A stretch of DNA of 64,000 bases, taken from assembly GCA_965248445.1 (NCBI GenBank), contig CBDFJG010000003.1, positions 1,568,001 to 1,632,000 of the forward strand, read 5' to 3'. The DNA is from Planctomycetota bacterium. GTDB taxonomy: Bacteria > Planctomycetota > JAJSAM01 > JAJVHW01. Shown in pieces: positions 56,465 through 64,000 of the stretch (its first letter is position 1; every line of letters starts with the position of its first letter). Both the position numbers and the translations under genes were made by a program. The notes beneath the pieces were generated by a model. It searched no databases, was not told the DNA's origin, and was given only the letters and a program-made list of their open reading frames with translations.

Positions 56465-56713
56465 CTACGGCGTGAGCGGCGGTCCCGGCGGCGCGTCGTA
56501 GCAGGTGCGACCGGGTCCGTCGCAGTCGCCGGGACACGCGCTCGAGCCGTCCGGTCCGAGCGCTTCGGTCGTGCGGCCGCACCACCAGATGGCCGTGTCG
56601 TACGGGTTCTCCTGCTCGTCGTCGTCGGGCAGCGGCTGCACCATCTCCTTGGTGCAGAGATGCACGCAGCGCGTGCGCAGGATCTTCTGAAGCCGCCGGC
56701 GGTACGTGCTCAC
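56465..56713 (-). CDS. Small Cys-rich protein at the end of the molybdoenzyme operon
   Basis: GTG overlaps the FAD-subunit stop (GGAGGGCGGA upstream); RCVHLCTK...WWCGRT...GPDG...CPGDC...RTCY. Confidence 0.75.
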   Translation of the reverse strand: MSTYRRRLQKILRTRCVHLCTKEMVQPLPDDDEQENPYDTAIWWCGRTTEALGPDGSSACPGDCDGPGRTCYDAPPGPPLTP

Positions 56714-57720
56714 TCCGCCCTCCCCGCCGCGCTCAGCAGCGCCCGACGCACCGCGACCTTCACGAGGTGGACCTTGTACTTGGTGCCATCGAGCGGCTTC
56801 GCTCCGCTGGCCGCGGCCTCGCTCGCCTTCGTGATGACACCGTCGGTCAGCTGCTTGTTCAGGATCGCCGCCTCGGCCGCCGCCGCGCGATACGGGGTCG
56901 GCGCAACCGAGCCGAGCCAGACCGAGACCTTCTCGGCCACCCTCTTGCCGAATACCTCTCCGTTCCAGCTGACCTTCACGGCCGCGGAGACGAGCGCCCA
57001 GTCGAACGCGGCCTTCTGCCTCACCTCTTCGTAGGCGGCCGCGTCGGAACCGGTGAGAACCGGCAGCGAGAGGGCCGTGACGATGTCGCCGGGTTCGAGG
57101 GACGCATCCGAGTGGCGACCCTTCCGCGGCGGGACGTACAGCTCCCCGAACGGCAGGTCGTCCGTGGCGGCATTGGCCCGGCGCACGTGCACGGTTGCTC
57201 CCAATGCACCGAACACGGGCGGGAGGCTGGCGGGGTGCGCCGATGCGCACTGCGAGTTGCCGAAGATCCCCGCCGTCTCCTGAACTGCGCCGTCCGCGAG
57301 CACGGGGCAAGCGTCGTCCCCGCGCCGCCAGCAGGGGAACGAGCGGATGCGGAAGTACCCGCACCGGGTGCGTTGCAGCAGATTGCCCGCCACGGTCGCC
57401 CGGTTGCGGATCTGGAGACTCGCTGCCATCCCGGCCGCCTGTGCGAGCGGCGCCGCGTGCGCGCGGACCAGGTCGGACGCCGCGACGTCCGACAGCGTCG
57501 CGAGTGCCCCGATCCGCAGCGTCGCCCCGTCCTTCGTGATCGCGCGGAGCGCGGGATCGCCGAGCGACAGCAGCGCCACGACGCGATCGGGTTCGTCAAC
57601 GCGCTCCTTCATGCGGTCTAGGACGTCGATGCCGCCGGCCTTCATGAGCGCATCGGCGCTCGCGCCGTGCTTCGCGGCCCCGGCGACGTCGTTCGGGCGG
57701 ACGTAGCGGAACGCCTTCAT
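56710..57720 (-). CDS. Xanthine dehydrogenase family FAD-binding subunit (YagS/PaoB-like)
   Basis: KAGGIDVLDRMK, QIRNRATVAGNL, and a Cys insert RCGYFR...C..RG...CP...C..HP. Confidence 0.92.
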   Translation of the reverse strand: MKAFRYVRPNDVAGAAKHGASADALMKAGGIDVLDRMKERVDEPDRVVALLSLGDPALRAITKDGATLRIGALATLSDVAASDLVRAHAAPLAQAAGMAASLQIRNRATVAGNLLQRTRCGYFRIRSFPCWRRGDDACPVLADGAVQETAGIFGNSQCASAHPASLPPVFGALGATVHVRRANAATDDLPFGELYVPPRKGRHSDASLEPGDIVTALSLPVLTGSDAAAYEEVRQKAAFDWALVSAAVKVSWNGEVFGKRVAEKVSVWLGSVAPTPYRAAAAEAAILNKQLTDGVITKASEAAASGAKPLDGTKYKVHLVKVAVRRALLSAAGRAE

Positions 57721-59945
57721 CAGATTCGGCCCAGCGCTGTGAGGACACGGGCGGGCGTGATCGGCAACTCGTGCACGCGCACGCCGAGCGCGTGGAAGAC
57801 CGCGTTGCCGATGGCGCCGGCAGTCGGGACGGTCACCGGCTCACCGAGGCCCATCATGCCCGTGTTGTTGAACCCACTGTCGATCGACGTCAGGACGACG
57901 TCGATCTGCGGGCAGTCGGAGACGCCGAGGATCTTGTAGGTGTCGAAGGTCGGATTGACCATGTCCCCCAGGTTGCGGTCCATGCGCCGGTCCTCGTGCA
58001 GCGCGTACGAGATACCCTGGATGACGCCGCCGATGACCTGGCTGCGCGACGTCAACCGGTCGATGATCCGGCCGGCGTCGTGCACGGCCACGACGCGCTC
58101 GACCCGGACGATCCCCGTGTCGGTGTCGACCGCCACGTCCGCGAACTGACAACCGGCGGTGTCACCGTGGAAGCCGTCGTAGTTGCGGCGCCGCTCGCCG
58201 CGCACGGTCAGGCCGTCCGGACCGATCAGGCCGCAGGCCTCCTTGAACGTCGCCTTCTTGCCACCGGGCCCGTTGAACACGCCGTTGTCGTGCTTGACCT
58301 TGTCGACGTCCGTCTTCCATTCCTCGGCCAGCAGGGCACCCAGCGACTCGTGTCCACGAGCCGCCGCCTCGCGGGCCGCCGGACCGATCGAGGGCGCCGT
58401 GGTGCTGCCGCCGCTCCCCGGCCCCGCCGGGTACGACGTGTCGCCGATGCGGACGGTGATGTCGCTCGGCGCGAGACCGAGTTCCTCCGCCACGATGATC
58501 GCGAGCACGGTGCGGGTGCCGGTGCCGATGTCCTGCACGGCGTTCTTGACCGTCACGCTTCCGTCGCGAGAGAGCTCGAGCTCGACGACCCAACTTCCCC
58601 GCCCGCGGCTCTGCCACACCCCCGCGGCGCAACCGACGCCGCGCTTGACTGCGCCCTTCGACGCGCCCGGAGCGACCTTGCGGCGCTTCTCCCAGTCGAT
58701 CCGCTCGGCGCCGATCCGCCACTGCACCTGTCGCAACGGATGCGGGTCGTTCCGGAGGCGAAACGCGAGCGGATCCTCGCCGCGGGCGTGCGCGAGCATG
58801 TCGATGATGCCCTCGAGCGCGAAGAAGCCCTGCGGGTGACCGGGCGCGCGGAAAGCGCGACCGCGACCGGTGAACGTCGAGACTGCCGTGTGCTGCGCCA
58901 GGAGGTTCGGGATGGAGTAGACGCGCGTGTTGGTTGCGCTACCGCCGCGCGATCCGTTGCCCGGGGTGCCGTGGGTTTCGGACGTCATGACGGTGATCTT
59001 CCCGCCCTTGTCCGCGCCCATCGTGAGCTTCTGGATCGAGTCCGGTCGGTTGCCGGCGATCAGGTGCTCGGAGCGCCGGTCGAGCATGCCGTTGACGGGC
59101 CGCTTCAGCTTCACGGCGAAGTGTGCGGCAGCGCGGTCCCATGCGTCGATCCCACCCAGCTTCGCGCCGAAGCCGCCGCCGACGTGCTCGGCGATCAGGC
59201 GCACCTTGCCCGGCGGCACGCCCAGCGCCTTCGCGATCGATCCGCGGAACGAACCGGTGCCCTGCGTAGACGCGTACACCGTGAATCCGTCGCCGCTCGG
59301 CTCGACCACGCAGCCGTGCGACTCGAGCGCCGAGTGGGTCTGCACCTGCGTGCGGAACACTGCAGAGACTCGCTTATCGGCCTTCGCGAGCGCGTCCTCC
59401 GGGTCGCCGCGGCGGACCGGTCCGCCCCGGCGGCCCTTCGACTCAACGGCGTTGTCTCGCTTAGCGTCGACGCGAGGCGCGCCCGGTGCCATCGCGTCGT
59501 CGGTCGTGACAGCGCACGGCAGGATGTCGTACTCGATGTCGACAGCCGCGAGTCCGTCGGAGAGCGCCTCGGGATTCTCGGCGCAGACTGCGACCACGCC
59601 CTTGCCGGCGAACTTGACGATGCCGCCGCTATCGACGAGCACCTGCGTCGCAAGAACGCCCGGCACACCATCCGCGGCGGCGGTGCTGACGCGCTTGACG
59701 CGCGCGTGTGCGTGCGGGCTGCGCAACAGCGCCGAGTACGCCATGTTGGGCAGCAGCATGTCGGCGCTGTAACGCGCGGCGCCCGTGGTCTTCTGCGGAG
59801 CTTCGAGACGCGGCACGTCGGTTCCGACACACCGCAGGTCGGCGCCGGAACCCCACGGCGCGATGTCGAGATCGTGGATCTCGACAGTCACCTCACGCTC
59901 CGGGCCGTCCGGGCGGCCGAGCATCACCTTGACGCGGCGCGGCAT
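57720..59945 (-). CDS. Xanthine dehydrogenase family molybdopterin-binding subunit (YagR/PaoC-like)
   Basis: TGAARYSAD, VGGGFGAK, AFRAPG, QDIGTGTRT, GSGGS, GLGEP. Confidence 0.95.
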   Translation of the reverse strand: MPRRVKVMLGRPDGPEREVTVEIHDLDIAPWGSGADLRCVGTDVPRLEAPQKTTGAARYSADMLLPNMAYSALLRSPHAHARVKRVSTAAADGVPGVLATQVLVDSGGIVKFAGKGVVAVCAENPEALSDGLAAVDIEYDILPCAVTTDDAMAPGAPRVDAKRDNAVESKGRRGGPVRRGDPEDALAKADKRVSAVFRTQVQTHSALESHGCVVEPSGDGFTVYASTQGTGSFRGSIAKALGVPPGKVRLIAEHVGGGFGAKLGGIDAWDRAAAHFAVKLKRPVNGMLDRRSEHLIAGNRPDSIQKLTMGADKGGKITVMTSETHGTPGNGSRGGSATNTRVYSIPNLLAQHTAVSTFTGRGRAFRAPGHPQGFFALEGIIDMLAHARGEDPLAFRLRNDPHPLRQVQWRIGAERIDWEKRRKVAPGASKGAVKRGVGCAAGVWQSRGRGSWVVELELSRDGSVTVKNAVQDIGTGTRTVLAIIVAEELGLAPSDITVRIGDTSYPAGPGSGGSTTAPSIGPAAREAAARGHESLGALLAEEWKTDVDKVKHDNGVFNGPGGKKATFKEACGLIGPDGLTVRGERRRNYDGFHGDTAGCQFADVAVDTDTGIVRVERVVAVHDAGRIIDRLTSRSQVIGGVIQGISYALHEDRRMDRNLGDMVNPTFDTYKILGVSDCPQIDVVLTSIDSGFNNTGMMGLGEPVTVPTAGAIGNAVFHALGVRVHELPITPARVLTALGRI

Positions 59946-59946
59946 G

Positions 59947-60597
59947 TCAGCGTACCTCCCCGCCGGACGTCTCGCGCACGCCTGCCGCGGCGAAGGCCGC
60001 CGCGACGACGTGCGGGTACGTGCCGCAGCGGCAGAGGTTGCCAGAGATCATCGGGAGGAGGCGGTCGCGCGTGAGCGACTTGCCGTGGACCTCGACCGCA
60101 TGCGCGACCGACATCACGAAGCCCGGGGTGCAGAACCCGCACTGGAGCGCGTCGTATTGCCGGAATGCGTCCTGCACGGGGTGCAACGCGTCCGCCGTGC
60201 CGAGCCCCTCCACGGTCGTGATCTCGGCCCCCTCGGCCTCGATCGCGAGCAGCGTGCACGCGTAGACGGGGCAGCCGTCCAGCCAGACCGTGCACGCGCC
60301 GCACGTACCCCGGTCGCAGACCTTCTTCGCGCCGGTCAGCTGGACGTCGCCACGGAGTGCGTCGAGGAGCGTCCGGCGTGGCGGCACGCGGATCGTCCTG
60401 TCCTTGCCGTTGACGCGCAGGGCGACCGGCACGTCACCGGGGCCGACGACCTCGCCACCGCCGCCGGCATCCTGGCCGAGGGCCTCGCCCGCACCGAAGG
60501 CCGCACCCGCCGCAGCGGCAGTGCCGGCGGACTGCAGGAGCTGACGCCGCGTGATCCCGCGCGGCTCGTCGCTCTCCGGCCCTCGTCGCTTGCCCAT
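59947..60597 (-). CDS. (2Fe-2S)-binding subunit with a Tat signal (YagT/PaoA-like)
   Basis: ITRRQLL twin-arginine motif; CDRGTCGACTV, QCGFCTPG, NLCRCG. ATG at 60597. Confidence 0.92.
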   Translation of the reverse strand: MGKRRGPESDEPRGITRRQLLQSAGTAAAAGAAFGAGEALGQDAGGGGEVVGPGDVPVALRVNGKDRTIRVPPRRTLLDALRGDVQLTGAKKVCDRGTCGACTVWLDGCPVYACTLLAIEAEGAEITTVEGLGTADALHPVQDAFRQYDALQCGFCTPGFVMSVAHAVEVHGKSLTRDRLLPMISGNLCRCGTYPHVVAAAFAAAGVRETSGGEVR

Positions 60598-60696
60598 CCG
60601 GGCCCTCCTCGTGCGGCCCGAGTGTACGACCCGGCGCCCGCGCGCCACGCTGGTCAAACTCTCTCTACGGTGCGCCCGGGAGGCGGCTATGCTCCC

Positions 60697-60845
60697 TGTC
60701 CCCTCAGGAGGAACCACGGTTCCTCCACGAGGACGGTTCCCCGGACTGGGGTGTCTGCAGAGATCGGGCACGCGCGTTGCGCCGTGCTGGGCCAGGGTGC
60801 AGGCTTCCCCGTTCGGGGAAGGGATGAGTCAGAGGTAAGGGGACA
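60697..60845 (+). ncRNA. Unidentified structured RNA candidate
   Basis: Closing stem tgtcccct/aggggaca with internal hairpins, preceded by a TATGCT -10-like hexamer. No family recognised. Confidence 0.3.
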
Positions 60846-61162
60846 CCGCGCGAAGCGCATGACGGGTCCCGGTTGGCTACGGCCGAGGAGTGAATGACAT
60901 GGGTTACAAGATCGACGAAAAGTAGCTCGTGGGGAGGCTCTGGGGGTAGCGGAAACGGCGTATCTGCCGTAACCGCAAGAGCTTCGGCGAGTCGAGCAGC
61001 CTTCGTCCCGGGGTCCGCCCACGCGCGACACGTCGCGTGTAGTCGAGCCTGGCCAACTGTGCTCGGCCTCATCGGTGGACCCATAGTCCGCCCCCCGACT
61101 TTGGGCGAGGCGGCGGAGGCGGACGAGCGCCGCGTCGATGAAGCCCTGCGGGAGATTCTCCC

Positions 61163-61354
61163 GTGAAGCGCCACATCCCCAGAGGCGTGGCCACCCGCGT
61201 CATGCTCTGCGGCCTGACCCGCCACGAGGTCAACGACCGGGTCTTCATGCCGCGGGACCTGCCGATGGACCTCGACCTGCTCGGGGACTCTCTGCGCCTC
61301 CTGTGCAGATCGGCCTGGCGCGGCGCCCCGGCGGCACTCGAGGAAGCGGCGTGA
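61163..61354 (+). CDS. Hypothetical phage-like protein
   Basis: GGGAGA RBS, GTG start, stop overlaps the next start. Confidence 0.5.
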   Translation: MKRHIPRGVATRVMLCGLTRHEVNDRVFMPRDLPMDLDLLGDSLRLLCRSAWRGAPAALEEAA

Positions 61355-61578
61355 CCACCGCCACCAGAACCCCGATCGAGTGCGGATCGACCAGCCGCTG
61401 CGGCGAGCTGGTGCTGGAGTCGGTCACCGCCCTTGGGGACTCGCTCGGGGCCCGTCGGGCTGCCCGGCGTAAGGCGAAGCGGGCGAAGGACGAGGCGTTC
61501 GAGCGGCACCGGTCCAGGTGCCCGGCTTGGTTGAGGGAAGCGGAGGCGGCTGCGGTCGCGGGAGGTTCCATTCGATGA
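61351..61578 (+). CDS. Hypothetical phage-like protein (Cys-containing)
   Basis: GTGA coupling upstream and ATGA coupling downstream. Confidence 0.5.
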   Translation: MTTATRTPIECGSTSRCGELVLESVTALGDSLGARRAARRKAKRAKDEAFERHRSRCPAWLREAEAAAVAGGSIR

Positions 61579-62570
61579 AGGTCTACGTCGCTTCTTCGTG
61601 GCGCAACACGATCCAGCCGGAGGTGGTTGACGCTCTCCGTACCGCCGGCCACGAGGTCTACGACTTCAGGAACCCGGCTCCGGGCAACAGCGGCTTCGCG
61701 TGGTCGGACCTCGACCTCAAGTGGAAGGAGTGGGACGACCACGCGTACCGGGAGGCGCTGGATCACCCTCTCGCGAGAGAGGGCTTGCGCCTCGACATGA
61801 CGGCGCTCCGCGGATGCGAGGCGTGCGTTCTCGTACAGCCGTGCGGGATCAGCGCACACCTCGAGTTCGGCTGGGCCGTTGGGGCTGGCCGCCTCGGTGT
61901 TGTCCTGCTGCCCGGGGTACGGGAGCCGGAGCTGATGATCAAGATGGCGGACGTTCTCTGCCTGTCGATGGACGAGGTGATCGCGGCGCTGGCGTCGGCG
62001 CCGGAATGCGCCGCGAAGGACGCGCAGCTCGCCATGCAGGAGCCCCCGACGGGCCTCTCTATCGACATGCAGGCCAAGACCGTCGGGGCGCTGATCGGCA
62101 TGGTCTGTCAGGACCTGGATGGCCACGAACCCGCCGAGCTGGAGCGCGAGTTCGGCATCAAGCCCCCGCACCGTGAGTTCGTGTCCGTCCACCTGGGCTT
62201 CCACGCCGAGGCACTCCGCGTCCTCGGTGCGCTCGGGGTGATGGACATCGACGACCGTGGTGGGCGATGCGTACTGGGCGACTCCGTCCGCGAGGACGTG
62301 CTCGACCTGACCGGGGTCATCCCGGGATGGAAGGGTGGACAGGCTCCCCGGATTGAGCCCGCCGTGGCCGCCGCCGCCTCGCAGCCCTCCGCCTACATGC
62401 CGGACTTGTCGTACCTGGCAAACCAGGCGGCCCTAGCCCGCGAGGCGACCGCCTCCGTCCGGCTGGACGGGGAACCGCCCGCCGTCGATGAACGCGCCGA
62501 CCTCGTGGACAGCGCCGGTGTCGGGGCGGAAGAGGACGGGGTGGACGTGCACCCGGGGGAGGGTAGCTGA
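61575..62570 (+). CDS. Nucleoside 2-deoxyribosyltransferase-like domain protein with a C-terminal extension
   Basis: MKVYVASSWRN...GHEVYDFRNP...DMTALRGCEACVLVQPCGISAHLEFGWAVGAG; GGAGG RBS. Confidence 0.75.
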   Translation: MKVYVASSWRNTIQPEVVDALRTAGHEVYDFRNPAPGNSGFAWSDLDLKWKEWDDHAYREALDHPLAREGLRLDMTALRGCEACVLVQPCGISAHLEFGWAVGAGRLGVVLLPGVREPELMIKMADVLCLSMDEVIAALASAPECAAKDAQLAMQEPPTGLSIDMQAKTVGALIGMVCQDLDGHEPAELEREFGIKPPHREFVSVHLGFHAEALRVLGALGVMDIDDRGGRCVLGDSVREDVLDLTGVIPGWKGGQAPRIEPAVAAAASQPSAYMPDLSYLANQAALAREATASVRLDGEPPAVDERADLVDSAGVGAEEDGVDVHPGEGS

Positions 62571-62619
62571 TGGGCGCACTCCGGAGCTGCGCCTCGCCCG
62601 AAAGCCCCAAGGTCCCCGC

Positions 62620-62919
62620 GTGAAGTTCCGCGGCACCGAGATGGCCCAGAGCGACGCAGGCCACGGTCTGCACCTGTCCTACTGGGACGAGGACAGCCAG
62701 ACGGACGTGGTCGTGGAGTGCCGCCAAGGCCCGGCGCATGCGCACGTGGGTGGCCCATGGGGGACCGCGTCCGTCCTGCTCCAGCGTCTCCCCGACGAGA
62801 CCCGCGAGGCCGCGTGTCGCCGCGCGCTCGCGGCGATCGAGCGGGTCGTCCCGCCGCAGGAGACCGAGGACCCGTGCAGGTGCCTGATCTGCGAATGGGA
62901 GGTGCTGGGTGTCGGTTGA
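62620..62919 (+). CDS. Hypothetical phage-like protein (start uncertain)
   Basis: Open frame with a C-terminal CRCLIC motif; overlaps the next ORF. Confidence 0.45.
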   Translation: MKFRGTEMAQSDAGHGLHLSYWDEDSQTDVVVECRQGPAHAHVGGPWGTASVLLQRLPDETREAACRRALAAIERVVPPQETEDPCRCLICEWEVLGVG

Positions 62920-63115
62920 CCGCATCCAGGAAGAGGAGGTGCTGGTGCTTCGGCGCGCTGTCGCTGGGGGCGCTCGCGGTTTCTCGACGAGGCGGTGGGA
63001 CGCCACTCCCGTCTGGCACCTGGCGCACAGAGGCTTGCTGCGCTGGGAGCCAAGGCTGATGCGCTACCAGGTGACGACGAAGGGTCGCTCGTGGCTCGGG
63101 GAGCACGACGCGTGA
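62909..63115 (+). CDS. Hypothetical protein, possible winged-helix
   Basis: GGAGG RBS; LAHRGLL...YQVTTKGRSWL resembles a wHTH wing. Confidence 0.5.
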   Translation: MSVDRIQEEEVLVLRRAVAGGARGFSTRRWDATPVWHLAHRGLLRWEPRLMRYQVTTKGRSWLGEHDA

Positions 63116-63327
63116 GCGGACCGCGCTACCCGTCGCCAGCGGACATGAAACGGCTTCGGTCGATGGCCCTGGTCGTGGCGGAACTCGGTAGGGATGTGGA
63201 CGTCGAGCACCTCCGAGACATGGACCCCAAGAGCACCGCGTACAAGCTGCTGCGCCGCTGGACTGAGGAGCTGATCTACCGGGACCTGCCGTGGATGCTG
63301 AAGCGGGTGGTGGAGGGTTGGCAGTGA
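63112..63327 (+). CDS. Hypothetical phage-like protein
   Basis: GTGA coupling at both ends; GGAG RBS. Confidence 0.55.
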   Translation: MSGPRYPSPADMKRLRSMALVVAELGRDVDVEHLRDMDPKSTAYKLLRRWTEELIYRDLPWMLKRVVEGWQ

Positions 63328-63560
63328 ACCGCCCCGTGCCCTTCCGAGTCGTCTTCCGTTGCGCGGAGGGGCGGGTGTACGTGCGGCACCACGCGCCGGA
63401 CGGCGAGAACCGGAGGGTGACGGGCCCGTACACCGACATCACGGACGCGTGCATGTACCTCTGTCGCTTCTGGCCTGACCAGGTGCCGATGGTGGAGCGC
63501 GGTTCCCACGGCGAACGCAGGGTCGCGCTGCCGCCACACGCTGAGGAGTGCGACGCGTGA
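63324..63560 (+). CDS. Hypothetical phage-like protein
   Basis: GGAGG RBS; GTGA overlap with the upstream gene. Confidence 0.5.
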   Translation: MNRPVPFRVVFRCAEGRVYVRHHAPDGENRRVTGPYTDITDACMYLCRFWPDQVPMVERGSHGERRVALPPHAEECDA

Positions 63561-63606
63561 AGACGCCACCGCGCGAGATCCTCGCCTCACTCGATCGGAG
63601 ATCCCC

Positions 63607-64000
63607 ATGACCACATGGATCGGCCACTGGGTCGTCGTCCTCCCTCCAGAGGAGCCCCCTCTCTCGAGCTCCATCACGATGGACGTGTTCTCCGAGGCCG
63701 ACAGGGACGCGCTCCTCCGCTGCAAGACGGGCTCCGTGGCCTACCAGGTCGCCGAGCTGCTCAAGGGGAAGGCGGAGCCGTTCCAGCTCGACGAGGACGA
63801 ACAGAAGCCGGGGGAGAAGGGAACCGGTACGTCCCAGGGCGGGGCGCCGGCGGAGGACACAACACAAGGAAGAGATCCGACCGAAGGGGACAACACCGAG
63901 CCCGACCCCGGCACCCCGCCGAACCGATGCTTCTGCGGCCGCCCGAGTCGTCGTCTGAAGGTCGTGTTCTACCGACCCGTGAGCCCTCCTACTCCTTCAC
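63607..64000 (+). CDS. Hypothetical protein (partial, runs off the window edge)
   Basis: GGAG RBS; MTTWIGHWVVVLPPEEP... stays open to the window end. Confidence 0.5.
   Translation, partial: MTTWIGHWVVVLPPEEPPLSSSITMDVFSEADRDALLRCKTGSVAYQVAELLKGKAEPFQLDEDEQKPGEKGTGTSQGGAPAEDTTQGRDPTEGDNTEPDPGTPPNRCFCGRPSRRLKVVFYRPVSPPTPS

Larger units (their letters stand above)
61163..64000 (+). mobile_element. Prophage-like / integrative element region (left part; boundary unknown)
   Basis: Chain of short co-oriented ORFs mostly joined by GTGA/ATGA overlaps, including a nucleoside deoxyribosyltransferase-like gene. No host housekeeping genes. Confidence 0.6.

Noticed and set aside
60730..60845. Cobalamin riboswitch or hammerhead ribozyme
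   Set aside because: Only fragments match (gggaagg...gagtcag; gatgagtc...gacgaaa). The core motifs (GGGAA-CGGTG...GCAACTGT; CUGAUGA) are missing.
61011..61085. tRNA at the prophage boundary
   Set aside because: The structure is multi-stem but has no T-loop GTTCRA, no D-loop GG pattern and no canonical arm lengths.
60894..61166. 90-aa ORF before the phage-like genes
   Set aside because: Low-complexity Ser/Gly translation across a hairpin-rich region; only its 3' end looks coding, so it was not called.

Overview
GC-rich bacterial DNA (about 70% GC by eye). It is probably an uncultured Planctomycetota or similar lineage; this is an inference from gene content only. Main contents: (1) a translationally coupled oleA-oleB-oleC-oleD olefin biosynthesis operon ending in an Sfp-type PPTase (1.6-6.9 kb); (2) valS and hisS with neighbouring membrane, secreted and transferase genes; (3) a myxobacterial-style three-gene PUFA synthase cluster (pfaD/pfa1, pfaA/pfa2 with two ACPs, pfaBC/pfa3 with a 1-nt frameshift near its start), followed by an unusual acyltransferase/permuted NlpC-P60 fusion gene; (4) a hidden selenoprotein that the ORF track splits in two: a secreted thioredoxin-like protein with a U-D-P-U double-selenocysteine motif, a candidate SECIS hairpin, a CxxCH heme motif and two PDZ domains; (5) a sigma-54-type promoter in front of a 35-aa peptide, and a CTAG-flanked MITE-like element; (6) a DUF3299/ABC transporter, rhomboid, peptidase E, an oxidoreductase, a methyltransferase and a Tat-exported YagTSR/PaoABC-like molybdoenzyme operon; (7) a hairpin-rich noncoding stretch and the start of a prophage-like chain of short overlapping genes at the right edge.
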